A stretch of 64,000 nt of DNA, taken from Actinomycetota bacterium (GTDB lineage: Bacteria; Actinomycetota; CADDZG01; WHSQ01). Every line of letters begins with the position of its first letter. Within the stretch, counting starts at the first letter, position 1. Below the pieces are notes generated by a model. The model had not been told where the DNA came from, made no database searches, and worked only from the letters and a program-made list of their open reading frames with translations. The position numbers and the translations under genes are program-made. Below, piece after piece: positions 24,849 to 39,061 of this stretch. Location: NCBI GenBank assembly GCA_046566065.1, contig JBKHXK010000010.1, positions 4,392 through 68,391 of the forward strand, written 5' to 3'.

Positions 24849-27014
24849 CTACTTTCCTGCCGGTTCGCCACGGACCTGAGCTACGACCTGTTCAGCGATT
24901 GACTGAGGTACTTCTTGGTACGAGTTGAACTGCATGGACGAGCTAGCGCGACCCTGCGTGCGCGAGCGGAGCTCGGTCACGTACCCGAACATCTCCGAGA
25001 GCGGGACCTGAGCCTTGACGATGCGATCGGAGCCACGCTGATCCATGGCTTCGACGCGGCCACGTCGGCTCGAGATGTCGCCGATGACGTCACCCATGAA
25101 GTCTTCGGGGGTGACGACCTCGATGTCGAACACCGGCTCGAGCAACACGGGCTTCGCCTTCTTGGCGGCTTCCTTGAACACCATCGAGCCGCAGATCTTG
25201 AATGCCATCTCGGACGAGTCGACGTCGTGGTACGAGCCGTCGATCAGGGTGACGCGCACGTCGACGACGGGGTAGCCGGCCATGACGCCGGAGGCCATCG
25301 CTTCCTGGACGCCCTGGTCGACCGCGGGGATGTACTCCTGCGGGATGCGGCCACCGGTGATCTTGTTGACGAACTCGTAACCGCCGCCGGGGCCGGTGGG
25401 CTCGATCGCGATCACGCAGTCGGCGTACTGACCCTTACCACCGGTCTGCTTCTGGTATTTGACCTGCACCTTGTCGACGGGTTGCTTGATCGTCTCGCGA
25501 TACGCGACCTGAGGCTTACCGACGTTGGCGCCGACCTTGAACTCGCGGATCAGACGATCGACGAGGACGTCGAGGTGCAACTCGCCCATGCCCGAGATGA
25601 TCGTCTGGCCCGTCTCCTCGTCCGTGTGGACGCGGAAGGTGGGGTCCTCCTCGGCGAGACGCTGCAGGGCGTTGCCGAGCTTGTCGGAGTCCGGCTTGGA
25701 CTTCGGCTCGATGGCAACGTCGATGACCGGAGTCGGGAACGTCATCTCCTCGAGCAGCACCTGGTCCTTGGGGTCGCAAAGGGTGTCACCGGTAAGCGTC
25801 TGCTTGAGCCCCACGACCGCGACGATGTCGCCCGCGAACACGGCGTCCTTGTCCTCGCGGTGGTTGGCGTGCATCTGAAGGATGCGACCGATCCGCTCCT
25901 TCTTGTCACGGGTGGCGTTCGCGATGCTCTCGCCGCTCTTCAGCGTCCCCGAGTACACACGCAGATAGGTCAAGCGACCGACGAAGGGGTCGCTCATGAT
26001 CTTGAAGGCCAGGGCCGAGAAGGGCTCCATATCGTCGGCCTTGCGCTCCACCGTCTCGCCGGTGCCCGGACGGGTAGCCACCATCGGCGGCAGGTCCAGG
26101 GGGCTCGGCAGGTACCAAGTGATCGCGTCGAGCAGCGGCTGGACGCCCTTGTTCTTGAAAGCCGTCCCGCACAGGACCGGAGTGATCTCGCCCGAAACCG
26201 TCGCTCGGCGGATCGCCTTGCGAAGCTGTTCGACGGTGGGCTCCTCCTCCGCGACGTAGAGCTCCATGAGCTCCTCGTCGTGGTCGGCAAGAGCCTCGAT
26301 CAGGTCGTGTCTGTACTTGTCGGCGTCGGCCTTCATGTCGTCGGCGATCGGGCGGTCCTCCCATTGCTCGCCGTGACCCTCAGAGGGCCAGTAGTGAGCG
26401 ACCATCGTCACGAGATCGACGACGCCGTGGAAGTTCTCCTCGGAGCCGATCGGCAGCTGGATCACTACGGGGGTGCCGTTCAGACGATCCTCGATCATAG
26501 AGACGGTCCTGTAGAAATCCGCGCCGGTGCGATCCATCTTGTTCACGAAACAGATACGCGGGACGTTGTAACGGTCGGCCTGTCGCCACACGGTCTCGGA
26601 CTGTGGCTCTACGCCGGCGACCGCGTCGAACACGGCCACGGCCCCGTCGAGCACGCGCAGAGAACGCTCGACCTCGACCGTGAAGTCGACGTGGCCGGGC
26701 GTGTCGATGATGTTGATCCAGTAGCCCTTCCAGTGAGCCGTAGTGGCGGCCGACGTGATCGTGATGCCGCGTTCTTGCTCCTGGACCATCCAGTCCATGA
26801 CCGCCGCGCCTTCGTGGACCTCACCGATCTTGTAGGTCTTGCCGGTGTAGTAGAGGATCCGCTCGGTCGTGGTGGTCTTGCCCGCGTCGATGTGGGCCAT
26901 GATCCCGATGTTGCGGGTATGGCTCAGCGGGTACTCGCGGATGGTCGTCGCCGCTCCCTTGACCTCGCGGAGCTGCGGAGACTTGTCCTGTTGCTTCTGG
27001 GCTGCTTCAGCCAT
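24849..27014 (-). CDS. fusA: elongation factor G
   Basis: 721 aa, with [23 protein letters not shown] and NKMDR. Confidence 0.98.
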   Translation of the reverse strand: MAEAAQKQQDKSPQLREVKGAATTIREYPLSHTRNIGIMAHIDAGKTTTTERILYYTGKTYKIGEVHEGAAVMDWMVQEQERGITITSAATTAHWKGYWINIIDTPGHVDFTVEVERSLRVLDGAVAVFDAVAGVEPQSETVWRQADRYNVPRICFVNKMDRTGADFYRTVSMIEDRLNGTPVVIQLPIGSEENFHGVVDLVTMVAHYWPSEGHGEQWEDRPIADDMKADADKYRHDLIEALADHDEELMELYVAEEEPTVEQLRKAIRRATVSGEITPVLCGTAFKNKGVQPLLDAITWYLPSPLDLPPMVATRPGTGETVERKADDMEPFSALAFKIMSDPFVGRLTYLRVYSGTLKSGESIANATRDKKERIGRILQMHANHREDKDAVFAGDIVAVVGLKQTLTGDTLCDPKDQVLLEEMTFPTPVIDVAIEPKSKPDSDKLGNALQRLAEEDPTFRVHTDEETGQTIISGMGELHLDVLVDRLIREFKVGANVGKPQVAYRETIKQPVDKVQVKYQKQTGGKGQYADCVIAIEPTGPGGGYEFVNKITGGRIPQEYIPAVDQGVQEAMASGVMAGYPVVDVRVTLIDGSYHDVDSSEMAFKICGSMVFKEAAKKAKPVLLEPVFDIEVVTPEDFMGDVIGDISSRRGRVEAMDQRGSDRIVKAQVPLSEMFGYVTELRSRTQGRASSSMQFNSYQEVPQSIAEQVVAQVRGEPAGK

Positions 27015-27033
27015 GTTCTCTGTTATCCCTGCC

Positions 27034-27504
27034 TTACCAACGGTAGTGAGCGAACGCCTTGTTCGCCTCGGCCATCTTGTGCATGTCCTCCCGGCGCTTC
27101 ACCGCGGAACCTGCTCCGCCCGAAGCGTCGAGGATCTCGCCGGCCAACCGGTCCGCCATGCTGCGTTCGCGACGCTTGCGCGAGAACGTGACCAACCAAC
27201 GGATGGCGAGCGTGGTTCCGCGTCGAGAGTCGACCTCGACCGGGACCTGATAGGTCGCCCCACCGACTCGGCGGGACTTGACCTCGAGCAGCGGCTTGAT
27301 GTTGTCCACTGCCTTCTTCAGCATCGGAAGCGGGTCCTTGCCGGTCTTGTCTGCGACCTTCTTCAATGCGTCGTAGACGATCGCCTCGGCCAGGGTGCGC
27401 TTGCCGCGCGTCATCAGACGGTTCTGGATCTGAGTGACGAGCAACGACTGGTAGATGGGGTCGGGAAGAAGCTCCCGGCGAGGTGCTGGGCCTTTGCGCG
27501 GCAT
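27034..27504 (-). CDS. rpsG: 30S ribosomal protein S7
   Basis: Start is set at ATG 27504 ([18 protein letters not shown]...HYRW, 156 aa), which forms an ATGA overlap with the rpsL stop. The 311-aa ORF-track version is a frame run-on across rpsL. Confidence 0.97.
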   Translation of the reverse strand: MPRKGPAPRRELLPDPIYQSLLVTQIQNRLMTRGKRTLAEAIVYDALKKVADKTGKDPLPMLKKAVDNIKPLLEVKSRRVGGATYQVPVEVDSRRGTTLAIRWLVTFSRKRRERSMADRLAGEILDASGGAGSAVKRREDMHKMAEANKAFAHYRW

Positions 27505-27881
27505 CAGGCACCCCCCGCCTTCTTGGCGCCGTAGCGGGAGCGGGACTGGACCCGGTCGCGCACGCCGGCGGTGTCGAGGGAGCCGCGGATGATCTTGTAA
27601 CGGACACCAGGGAGGTCCTTCACTCGGCCCCCACGCACGAGCACGATCGAGTGCTCCTGGAGGTTGTGGCCGATGCCTGGGATGTAGGCGGTGACTTCGA
27701 TGCCAGAGGTGAGGCGTACACGGGCGACCTTGCGCAGTGCGGAGTTCGGCTTCTTGGGCGTAGTCGTGTAGACGCGGGTGCAGACCCCGCGACGCTGCGG
27801 CGACCCCTTGAGGGCCGGCGACTTCGACTTGTCTTTCTTGGACTGACGTCCCTGGCGGACCAGCTGCTGGATGGTCGGCAC
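27504..27881 (-). CDS. rpsL: 30S ribosomal protein S12
   Basis: GTG start at 27881 ([12 protein letters not shown]...) with AAGGAG 8 nt upstream. Contains [18 protein letters not shown]. Confidence 0.97.
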   Translation of the reverse strand: MPTIQQLVRQGRQSKKDKSKSPALKGSPQRRGVCTRVYTTTPKKPNSALRKVARVRLTSGIEVTAYIPGIGHNLQEHSIVLVRGGRVKDLPGVRYKIIRGSLDTAGVRDRVQSRSRYGAKKAGGA

Positions 27882-28176
27882 TAACGAAGCTCCTTTTCTC
27901 CTCCGGGCACACGCCCGGCCATGTTGCGTCCGCCCGAGGGCGGACATACCTCACCTCTATGCACGCCAAAGCGGCGCTTTTTACGGTCTAGCCCGGAGAT
28001 AGGGGCCGGCGTGGGCCGGTTTGTCCTCCAGGCGACTCGTCGCTCAGCGATCTACCCCGACCCCGACGGTTCCCGGGGCAACCGGGCCTGTCGGAGCTCA
28101 CCGAGCTCGGGCTGTTACTAGGGTTCCGCACAGGTCCATCAGCGCGGATGGCGCCCCCTGAGGGGCGCGACGGGCA

Positions 28177-28205
28177 AGGATAAACGTGCAGGTCGTCCCG
28201 GTCAA
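28177..28205 (-). promoter_or_regulatory. candidate sigma-A promoter of the rpsL-rpsG-fusA-tuf (str) operon
   Basis: The minus strand reads TTGACC (28205-28200), N17, TATCCT (28182-28177). This implies a 5' UTR of roughly 290 nt. A GC hairpin (28151-28168) sits essentially at the predicted 5' end. Confidence 0.45.
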
Positions 28206-28282
28206 ACCGGTGAACCACTTGCCCTCTACGACGCTTGCGTCCAACATCATAGGCGCCCCGTCGCTCCCGCCAGGAGGTTCAG

Positions 28283-28705
28283 ATGCCCACCGATCTGAGG
28301 ATCGTGCTCCCCGACCGGCCCGGCACCGGGACCCAGGTGTGCGAGGCGCTCGCCCGGGCCGGGATCAACCTCGAGGGCATCTGTGGCGACCTCAGACCGG
28401 GTGAGGGCTGGGGCTATTTCCATGTGGCGATCAGCGACGAGAACGCCGAAGAAGCGATCCGAGCCGTCGAGTCGACCGGCTGCCAGGTCCTGGATGTCCA
28501 CGCGATAGACCTGATCCAGGCGGAGAACCGTCCCGGAGAGCTGGTGTCGCTGCTCGCTCAGTACCGGGACCGGGGCGAGAACATCGAGGTCCTCTACATC
28601 GCCTCCAACAACCGGATCGTGATCGGCACCGAGGCGATGCGCAAGCCCCGTCACGGCGTGCGGATGGACGAGGCCCAGTACTCGGAGCGCCCCCCGGGCC
28701 TCTAA
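28283..28705 (+). CDS. ACT-domain protein (two ACT-like repeats)
   Basis: 140 aa. The pattern LRIVLPDRPGTGTQVCEALARAGINLEGI occurs in the first half, and a similar pattern (ENRPGELVSLL...NIEVLY) occurs in the second half. AGGAGG lies 5 nt upstream of the ATG. Confidence 0.7.
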   Translation: MPTDLRIVLPDRPGTGTQVCEALARAGINLEGICGDLRPGEGWGYFHVAISDENAEEAIRAVESTGCQVLDVHAIDLIQAENRPGELVSLLAQYRDRGENIEVLYIASNNRIVIGTEAMRKPRHGVRMDEAQYSERPPGL

Positions 28706-28833
28706 GCCCCCGCCGAAGGCCCGCCATCCTTTCTTTGCGCTGTGATGACCGCTGGTGACACATCAGGTCGCAAAGAAGGAGCTACCGGCGCCCGGCCGAC
28801 CTCTTTCCGTGGGGCGTGCGGAAAGAACGAGGC

Positions 28834-29442
28834 CTAGCGGGCCGTTCGCTCCAATGCCGAATGGAAGACGGCTAGGTCGGCAAGGGGGGCCGGCCCCGCG
28901 TCGTCCCAGGTAGCTACCTCGGCTGCAGAGCGCTCTGCCCAATCGGCTACCAACTCTGCGTGACGGAACACGAAGTCGAACATGAGGGCGGAAAACTGGC
29001 TACGTTGCGGATCTGCCGGCCCGTCAACGATCGAGCCCGCTATCGCACGCCCTTCCTCCAGCACTCCCTCCGCCCATCGCTGGGTCTGGGTCAGCGTGTC
29101 GAGGATCTGGCCCTTGGTTGCGAGCTGCCCCAGACTCACCTTGAGGATCGCTTCCGATTCGAATGCCGGCGGCGCCGAGGGGCGTTCCATCCATTCCGCC
29201 AGAGCGGCTCGTCCGGCCGCAGTGACCCGGTAGACCGTCCTCTTGCGTTTGCCCGACCACCTCTCCTCGGGCTCGACGAGGCCCTGGGCCGCCAGCCGTT
29301 TCGGTTCGTCGAAGAGACGGCGTTCTGAGCGAGGCCAGAAATGAGCCAACTCGAGCCGCACCCTTTTCACGAGGTCGTAGGCGCTTCCCGGCTCCGATGC
29401 CAGCAGGCCGAGCAGGGCGTATGAAGTCGCGCTCAAAGCCAT
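28834..29442 (-). CDS. PadR-family transcriptional regulator
   Basis: The N-terminal winged helix YALLGLLASEPGSAYDLVKRV...LEPEERWSGKRKRTVYRVTAAGRAAL is typical of PadR. Confidence 0.85.
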   Translation of the reverse strand: MALSATSYALLGLLASEPGSAYDLVKRVRLELAHFWPRSERRLFDEPKRLAAQGLVEPEERWSGKRKRTVYRVTAAGRAALAEWMERPSAPPAFESEAILKVSLGQLATKGQILDTLTQTQRWAEGVLEEGRAIAGSIVDGPADPQRSQFSALMFDFVFRHAELVADWAERSAAEVATWDDAGPAPLADLAVFHSALERTAR

Positions 29443-29458
29443 CGGTTCCCTCCCCTGA

Positions 29459-29515
29459 TTGACACGAGCATCTGCAGGATGATACTGCTACAAGCATCAT
29501 GTCATTGTCAGTATC
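29459..29515 (+). promoter_or_regulatory. candidate divergent promoter/operator between the PadR and cupin genes
   Basis: TTGACA (29459-29464), N16, GATACT (29481-29486). An inverted repeat GATACTG-N21-CAGTATC (29481-29515) overlaps the -10 element. Confidence 0.3.
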
Positions 29516-29528
29516 GAGGGAGACGAAG

Positions 29529-30014
29529 ATGCAGACTCGGATCAACCCTTTCGCGGTGACCCCCGAACAGCGTCAGGAGGTCGCCACCTTGGGCTCGCTG
29601 GCTTCCATAGTGGCGGCCGCCGACGAGACGGGCGGCTCCCTCGGAGCCATCATCCAGAAGGTCACGAAGGCGTCGAACCCGCCGCTCCACGTACACGCCA
29701 ATGAAGACGAAGCGTGGCTGGTGATCGATGGCGAGATCGACTTCCACCTGGGCGACGATGTCGTGAGGGCGACGCCCGGCACGTTCGTGTTCGCCCCGCG
29801 AGGACTCCCTCATAGCTTCGATGTCGTCACGCCCGAGGCCCAGCTCTTGATCCTGGTCACCCCCGGCGGATTCGAAGGCATGTTCCGGGAACTGGGTGCC
29901 CCCCTCGGTGCGGCCGAGGGCGCTCCCCCGATCGACCCGGCCAGGGTCGAGGAAGTCGCAGGGCGATACGGCTTGGAGATCGTGGGTCCCCCGCCCCGGT
30001 CTGGGGGGATGTGA
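29529..30014 (+). CDS. cupin-domain protein
   Basis: Contains HVHANEDEAWLVIDGEIDF...GTFVFAPRGLPHSF. Start is set at ATG 29529, which has GAGGGAG 6 nt upstream. The ORF track starts at 29499. Confidence 0.75.
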   Translation: MQTRINPFAVTPEQRQEVATLGSLASIVAAADETGGSLGAIIQKVTKASNPPLHVHANEDEAWLVIDGEIDFHLGDDVVRATPGTFVFAPRGLPHSFDVVTPEAQLLILVTPGGFEGMFRELGAPLGAAEGAPPIDPARVEEVAGRYGLEIVGPPPRSGGM

Positions 30015-30079
30015 GGAAAGAACGGAGAGACTAAAGAGGCCCCCGGGGTTACCGGGGGCCTCTCTCGTGAAGCTTGGAT

Positions 30080-33000
30080 CTACTCGGCGGCGGAGGTGGC
30101 CTCCTCGGCCACGTTGACCTCGCCGTCGCTCTCTGCGTCCTCCGAGGGAACGGCCGTGAGGCCGATGAAGGAGGCGACGTCTTCGTCGGTCTCCTCCCGA
30201 GGCGGCAGGCCGAACATGGCCCTGGCCTCGTCGTCGGACATCGCCGCATCGCCGGTCGTGACGACCCGGATCGAACGGTACCGGCTCATGCCGGTTCCGG
30301 CGGGGATCAGCTTGCCGATGATCACGTTCTCTTTGAGGCCCAACAGCGGGTCGGACTTGCCGTTGATCGCGGCCTCGGTGAGAACCCTCGTCGTCTCCTG
30401 GAACGACGCTGCCGACAGCCACGACTCGGTGGCCAGCGACGCCTTGGTGATACCCATCAGGATCGGTCGAGCCGTGGCGGCCTCGCCGCCACTCGAGACC
30501 ACGGCCTCGTTGGCGTCGGCGAAGGTCTTGGCATCCACGAGCTGGCCGGGGAGGAACTCGGTGTCGCCCGGCTCGATCACGTTCACCTTGCGCAGCATCT
30601 GGCGAACGATCAGCTCGATGTGCTTGTCGTGGATCGGCACACCCTGGTTGCGGTAGACCCTCTGGACCTCGTCGACGAGATAGAGCTGCACCTCGCGGGT
30701 ACCCATGACCTCGAGCACCTCGTCGGGGTCGCGTGAACCCTCGGTCAGCGAGTCGCCCACCTGGACGGTCTGACCGTCCTTCACGAGGACGTCGTCGTAA
30801 CGACCGATCTTGTAAGTGATCGGCTCGCTGCCGTCGTCGGGGATCAGCTCGATCGAACGGGTCTTCTCGTCTTCGTGCATCTCGATGCGACCGGTCGCCT
30901 TGGCGATCTCGGTCTTCACCTTCGGGGTACGAGCCTCGAAGAGCTCGACCACCCTCGGCAGACCGCTCGTGATGTCGGAACCACCACGGAACCGCACACC
31001 ACCGGTGTGGAACGTACGCATCGTCAGCTGGGTGCCCGGCTCACCGATCGACTGGGCGGCCACGATACCGACGGCCTCTCCCATCTCGACCAGACGACCC
31101 GTCGCCAGCGAGGTCCCGTAGCACTTCTGGCAAACCCCGTACTTCGCCTCGCAGGTGAGCACCGACCGGATGACCAGCTTGCCTACGCCCGCTTCGGCGA
31201 TCTGCTCGGCCATCGCGGCGTCGACCTCGCTGCCGGCCTCGGCGATGACCTTGCCGTCGACCTCTGCATCCTCGAGCAGCACGCGGTGGATCAGCTTCTG
31301 CTTGAGGTGGCTGCGCTCGGCCTGCACGTCGAGGGTGATGCCACGGTCGGTGCCGCAGTCGTCGCTTCGAACGATGACCTCTTGCGAGACATCGACCAGG
31401 CGGCGGGTCAGGTAACCGGAGTCCGCCGTACGGAGAGCCGTGTCGGCCAGACCCTTACGAGCACCGTGAGTGGAGATGAAGTACTCGAGCACCGTGAGGC
31501 CCTCGCGGAAGTTCGAGCGGATAGGCCTCGGGATGATCTCACCCCGTGGGTTCGCAACGAGACCACGCATACCCGCGATCTGCCGGATCTGCATGATGTT
31601 TCCTCGAGCACCCGAGTGGGCCATCATCCAGATCGGGTTGAGGACGTCGGACTCGAAGGACTTCTCCATCTCGTCCTTCACCTGCTCCGAAGCCTCGGTC
31701 CAGATCTCGATGAGCTCCTGGCGACGCTCGTCGTCGGTGATCACGCCCTTGCGGTACTGACTCTCGATCTTGTCCGCCTGCTTCTCGTGACTGGCGATGA
31801 TCTCGCCCTTCTTGGCAGGCGTCGTCACGTCCTCCAGACCGACGGTGACGCCGGCCTTGGTCGCGTACTTGAAGCCGGTGTCCTTCAGAGCATCGAGCGT
31901 CTCGGACAGCTCCTTCTTGTCGTAGGTGCGCGCGATGCGATCGATCAGCCCGGACAGCTCCTTCTTGCGGAACGGAGCGTTCTGGTAGGGGAAGTCCTTC
32001 GGGAAGGCCTCGTTGAAGATGACCCGTCCAACGGTGGTCTCCTTCAGACGCTTGGGGTTCGCCTCGAACTCCTCGGCCGTCTCGTCCTCGAAACGCTTGA
32101 GGCCGCGGACCTTCACTTTGGAATGGATCCCGACCACCCCGGCGTCGTAAGCCTTCAGCACCTCGTCGGCATCCGAGAAGGCCTTGCCCTCGCCGGGCTC
32201 GCCGTCACGGTCCACCGTCAGGTAGTAGACGCCCAGGATGATGTCCTGCGTCGGCGCCACGATCGGGTCACCGTTAGCCGGAGAGAGCACGTTGTGTGCC
32301 GACAGCATCAGCAGACGAGCCTCGGCCTGCGCCTCTGAAGACAGCGGCACGTGAACGGCCATCTGGTCACCGTCGAAGTCGGCGTTGAACGCGACACAGA
32401 CCAGCGGGTGGATCTGGATCGCCTTGCCCTCAACCAGCACGGGCTCGAAGGCCTGGATACCGAGACGGTGAAGGGTCGGTGCACGGTTCAGTAGCACGGG
32501 GTGCTCGTGGATGATCTCCTCGAGGACATCCCATACGTGCGCACGCGAACGCTCGACCATGCGCTTGGCGCTCTTGATGTTCTGCGCATGGCCCAGGTCG
32601 ACCAGCCGCTTCATGACGAACGGCTTGAAGAGCTCGAGGGCCATCTGCTTGGGAAGCCCGCACTGATGCAGCTTGAGGGTCGGTCCCGAAACGATGACCG
32701 AACGACCGGAGTAGTCGACGCGCTTACCGAGCAGGTTCTGACGGAAGCGGCCCTGCTTGCCCTTCAGCATGTCCGACAGCGACTTCAGGGGGCGGTTGCC
32801 CGGTCCGGTGACCGGACGACCGCGGCGACCGTTGTCGAACAGTGCGTCCACGGCCTCCTGGAGCATGCGCTTCTCGTTGTTGACGATGATCTCCGGAGCG
32901 CCCAGGTCCAACAGCCTCTTCAGACGGTTGTTGCGGTTGATCACACGGCGGTACAGATCGTTCAGGTCGGAGGTCGCGAAACGACCACCGTCCAGCTGCA

Positions 33001-33988
33001 CCATCGGACGAAGATCCGGTGGGATGACGGGAACGCAGTCGAGGACCATGCCCATCGGCGAGTTCTTCTTGGTCCCGTCGGTAAAGGGAGCCACGACCTT
33101 CAGACGCTTGATCGCACGCTGACGCTTCTGGCCTTTGCCGGTCTTGATCAGGTCGCGCAGCTCCTCGGCCTCGTTCTCGAGGTCGAGCGAGGCGAGGAGG
33201 TCCTTGATCGACTCGGCTCCCATGCCGCCCTTGAAGTAGTCGCCGAAACGATCCTTCAGCTCACGCCAGAGGACCTCGTCCTCGACGATCTCCTTGGGCT
33301 GCAGGTCCCGGAACTTGTCCAGCGTGGCCTGCACCAGACCGATGTTGCGGTCGGCGCGGTCGCGCACCTCTTTCTGCTGACGCTCCGACTGGTTCTTCGC
33401 CGCGTTCTTCTCGGAGGAACGGGCTTTGCGCTCCTCCATCTCCTCGAGGCGGGTTTCGGTCTCCTTGAGGATCTCCTCGAGGCGCAGGTCGCGCTGCTCT
33501 TCGATCTTGGCGATCTCCTTGGAGACCTCTTCTTCGAGACGAGGCAGGTCCTTGTGACGCTTGTCCTCGTTGACCTCGGTGACGATCGAGGCGGCGAAGT
33601 AGATGACCTTCTCGAGCTCCTTCGGAGCGATGTCGAGGAGGTAGCCCAAGCGGGACGGGACACCCTTGAAGTACCAGATGTGGGTAACGGGGGCGGCGAG
33701 TTCGATGTGACCCATGCGCTCACGACGCACCTTGGCGCGGGTGACCTCAACACCGCAACGCTCGCAGATGATGCCCTTGAAGCGAACGCGCTTGTACTTA
33801 CCGCAGTAGCACTCCCAGTCCTTGGTCGGCCCGAAGATCTTCTCGCAGAAAAGACCGTCCTTCTCGGGCTTCAGGGTCCGGTAGTTGATGGTCTCCGGCT
33901 TCTTGACCTCGCCGTTCGACCACGCGCGGATCTGGTCCCCGGTGGCGAGACCGATCCGTAGCTCGTCGAAGTAATTGACGTCTAGCAA
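30080..33988 (-). CDS. rpoC: DNA-directed RNA polymerase subunit beta'
   Basis: 1302 aa with a TTG start ([14 protein letters not shown]). Carries the zinc motif [20 protein letters not shown] and catalytic [12 protein letters not shown]. Confidence 0.98.
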   Translation of the reverse strand: MLDVNYFDELRIGLATGDQIRAWSNGEVKKPETINYRTLKPEKDGLFCEKIFGPTKDWECYCGKYKRVRFKGIICERCGVEVTRAKVRRERMGHIELAAPVTHIWYFKGVPSRLGYLLDIAPKELEKVIYFAASIVTEVNEDKRHKDLPRLEEEVSKEIAKIEEQRDLRLEEILKETETRLEEMEERKARSSEKNAAKNQSERQQKEVRDRADRNIGLVQATLDKFRDLQPKEIVEDEVLWRELKDRFGDYFKGGMGAESIKDLLASLDLENEAEELRDLIKTGKGQKRQRAIKRLKVVAPFTDGTKKNSPMGMVLDCVPVIPPDLRPMVQLDGGRFATSDLNDLYRRVINRNNRLKRLLDLGAPEIIVNNEKRMLQEAVDALFDNGRRGRPVTGPGNRPLKSLSDMLKGKQGRFRQNLLGKRVDYSGRSVIVSGPTLKLHQCGLPKQMALELFKPFVMKRLVDLGHAQNIKSAKRMVERSRAHVWDVLEEIIHEHPVLLNRAPTLHRLGIQAFEPVLVEGKAIQIHPLVCVAFNADFDGDQMAVHVPLSSEAQAEARLLMLSAHNVLSPANGDPIVAPTQDIILGVYYLTVDRDGEPGEGKAFSDADEVLKAYDAGVVGIHSKVKVRGLKRFEDETAEEFEANPKRLKETTVGRVIFNEAFPKDFPYQNAPFRKKELSGLIDRIARTYDKKELSETLDALKDTGFKYATKAGVTVGLEDVTTPAKKGEIIASHEKQADKIESQYRKGVITDDERRQELIEIWTEASEQVKDEMEKSFESDVLNPIWMMAHSGARGNIMQIRQIAGMRGLVANPRGEIIPRPIRSNFREGLTVLEYFISTHGARKGLADTALRTADSGYLTRRLVDVSQEVIVRSDDCGTDRGITLDVQAERSHLKQKLIHRVLLEDAEVDGKVIAEAGSEVDAAMAEQIAEAGVGKLVIRSVLTCEAKYGVCQKCYGTSLATGRLVEMGEAVGIVAAQSIGEPGTQLTMRTFHTGGVRFRGGSDITSGLPRVVELFEARTPKVKTEIAKATGRIEMHEDEKTRSIELIPDDGSEPITYKIGRYDDVLVKDGQTVQVGDSLTEGSRDPDEVLEVMGTREVQLYLVDEVQRVYRNQGVPIHDKHIELIVRQMLRKVNVIEPGDTEFLPGQLVDAKTFADANEAVVSSGGEAATARPILMGITKASLATESWLSAASFQETTRVLTEAAINGKSDPLLGLKENVIIGKLIPAGTGMSRYRSIRVVTTGDAAMSDDEARAMFGLPPREETDEDVASFIGLTAVPSEDAESDGEVNVAEEATSAAE

Positions 33989-37366
<3,378 letters not shown>

Positions 37367-37646
37367 ACGTGCCTCCTGTAGTTGCCTCAGTGGGGACACA
37401 GACCCGGGTCAAGAAGGGGCCCCGTCTTTCCCTTCACGACCTGCCCCAACCGGCTCGCGATGGGCGGTTCTTAGCCGCGCGACAAGGCGAATCGAACGAT
37501 CGGGGGCGGACACAGCAAAGAAGCAGTATAGGGGCACGCCCATACGGCGTCAACCACGGCCCGGGGGCCGTGGGACGAGCTATTCAGCTGTGTTGCGGAC
37601 GTTATCCCCCGGGGTGCGCGATTTCAAGCCTCAGAACCCCGAACGC

Positions 37647-37676
37647 GAGAAAGGCGCCCTGCCGGACGCCCTTCTC
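37647..37676 (-). terminator. hairpin between rplL and rpoB (possible partial terminator/attenuator)
   Basis: Minus-strand RNA reads GAGAAGGGCG-UCCGGCAGGG-CGCCUUUCUC, a 10-bp stem with one GU pair, starting 22 nt after the rplL stop. There is no clean U-tract. Confidence 0.35.
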
Positions 37677-37698
37677 GACCACGCTAGCTCTGTGAGGA

Positions 37699-38091
37699 CT
37701 ACTTCAGTTCGACGGTCGCTCCTGCACCCTCGAGCTTGGCCTTGGCCTCTTCGGCCTGCTCCTTGGCCACCTTCTCGAGCACCGGCTTCGGGGCCGAGTC
37801 CACGAGGTCCTTGGCCTCCTTGAGGCCGAGGCTCGTGAGGGCCCGCACCTCCTTGATGACCTGGATCTTCTTGTCGCCGGCCGCCGCGAGGACGACATCG
37901 AACTCGTCCTTCTCCTCGGCTGCGCCTGCGCCGTCACCACCGGCTCCGCCGCCGGCACCGGGGGCTGCGACGGCCACGGGGGCCGCTGCGGTCACACCGA
38001 ACTTCTCCTCGAACGCCTTAACGAACTCGGACAGCTCGAGGACGGTCCAACCGGCTACCGCCTCTAGAACGTCTTCCTGCGTGATCGCCAT
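37699..38091 (-). CDS. rplL: 50S ribosomal protein L7/L12
   Basis: 130 aa. ...[17 protein letters not shown]...[23 protein letters not shown]. Confidence 0.97.
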   Translation of the reverse strand: MAITQEDVLEAVAGWTVLELSEFVKAFEEKFGVTAAAPVAVAAPGAGGGAGGDGAGAAEEKDEFDVVLAAAGDKKIQVIKEVRALTSLGLKEAKDLVDSAPKPVLEKVAKEQAEEAKAKLEGAGATVELK

Positions 38092-38093
38092 CT

Positions 38094-38891
38094 CTATTCC
38101 TCCTTCTCGTCGCCGCTTGTGGCGGCGGTGTCTTCCTCATCCGTATCTGCGTCGGTCGTATCTGAAGAGGCCTCTACGGAGCTGGCGGCCTCGTCCGAGC
38201 TCTCGGACTCGGTCTCGGCGACCGCATCCGCCACCTCGGCCTCGCCGCGATCCCCGGTTTCCTCCGGAGCTGCGTCGCCTGCCGGCTCGTCCGATGCCTC
38301 GGCTTCGGGAGCAGCCTCGGCTTCGGGAGCAGCCTCGGCGGGTGGTGCTCCTGCATCCCCGGCGGGGAGCTCTCCCGATTCCTTCTTGGCCAGCACCTGA
38401 GCGAGCATCGAACCCAGGTCCCGCAGTGCCGCAGCGAACACGTTGACCGTCTGCTGCAACGGGGTATTCATCAGCATCGCGATCTTGGCCAGCTGCACCT
38501 CTCGGGGCTCCAAGCTCGCCAGCGCCTTGGTCTGACCGGCGTCGATGATCTTGCCGCGCAGCACGCCACCCTTGATCACCAGCACCGGGAACTTCTTCGC
38601 GGCATCGTCCAGGGCCTTGGCCGCGGCCACCGCGTCACCGCGGCAGAAGGCGATCGCCGTGGGTCCCTCGAGCATGTCGGCCAGCTCGTCGAGCCCGACC
38701 TCGCGGACGGCGATCCGGGCCAGGGTGTTCTTCAACACCTTGTAGTCGGCGTCGGCCTCGCGGAGGGCGCTGCGAAGCTCGGCGATCTCGCCAACCGATA
38801 GCCCGCGGTACTCCGTCAACAGGGCGGCGTTCGACTCCTGGAAGCGGCCGGTGATCTCCTCGACGGCCTGCGTCTTCTCGGGTCTTGCCAT
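38094..38891 (-). CDS. rplJ: 50S ribosomal protein L10 with a roughly 90-aa acidic Ala/Glu/Pro/Asp-rich C-terminal tail
   Basis: The N-terminal 175 aa is canonical L10 ([13 protein letters not shown]...[10 protein letters not shown]). The tail contains the tandem [12 protein letters not shown]. Confidence 0.95.
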   Translation of the reverse strand: MARPEKTQAVEEITGRFQESNAALLTEYRGLSVGEIAELRSALREADADYKVLKNTLARIAVREVGLDELADMLEGPTAIAFCRGDAVAAAKALDDAAKKFPVLVIKGGVLRGKIIDAGQTKALASLEPREVQLAKIAMLMNTPLQQTVNVFAAALRDLGSMLAQVLAKKESGELPAGDAGAPPAEAAPEAEAAPEAEASDEPAGDAAPEETGDRGEAEVADAVAETESESSDEAASSVEASSDTTDADTDEEDTAATSGDEKEE

Positions 38892-39042
38892 ATGGGTCCT
38901 TTCTCGGGCACAAAAAAAGCGGTCACCCCAGACTCCGAGTGACCGCGCACAAGCGCATGTCGTTCGCCTGCGTCGGTCCCGTGAGGGCTTAAGGGGCTTC
39001 CGTCCCGCCGACGGTCTGGGGCTTCAGCGAGCGAGATTACCA
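38892..39042 (-). promoter_or_regulatory. candidate rplJ leader (L10-leader-like attenuator region) with an extended -10 promoter candidate
   Basis: The minus strand has TGG-TAATCT (39042-39034), an extended -10 with no clear -35. A structured leader of roughly 135 nt follows and ends in the terminator at 38912-38946. GAAGCCCC occurs twice in the leader. Confidence 0.35.
38912..38946 (-). terminator. intrinsic terminator 20 nt upstream of the rplJ ATG (leader attenuator and/or terminator of the M50 protease gene)
   Basis: Minus-strand RNA reads GCGGUCAC-(12-nt loop)-GUGACCGC followed by UUUUUUU. This is the only clean U7-tailed terminator I found in the window. Confidence 0.6.
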
Positions 39043-39061
39043 GGGTGTACGCCCCGAGGCG

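Noticed and set aside
24915-27191. A 758-aa plus-strand ORF antisense to fusA. Similar long antisense or alternate-frame ORFs occur opposite tuf (23871-24902), rpoC (30875-32338, 32501-33961), rpoB (34394-35356, 35711-36436) and gdh (60703-62118).
   Set aside because: These are typical high-GC artefacts. Stop codons are rare in the antisense frames of GC3-rich genes. The translations are Arg/Asp/Leu/Val/Gly-rich with no recognisable motifs. Each is fully covered by a confidently identified gene on the other strand.
28803-28825. A stem-loop, ctttccg-N9-cggaaag, between the convergent ACT-domain and PadR genes, as a bidirectional terminator.
   Set aside because: It has only a 7-bp stem, a 9-nt loop and no U/A tracts. 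That is too weak to call.
37400-37646. A possible structured RNA or small gene in the roughly 330-nt rplL-rpoB spacer, for example the hairpin CCACGGCC-CGGG-GGCCGTGG near 37553-37572.
   Set aside because: Only short GC hairpins are present, as expected by chance in GC-rich DNA. There is no ORF with a ribosome-binding site, and I recognise no family. Only the hairpin proximal to rplL is kept, as a low-confidence feature.
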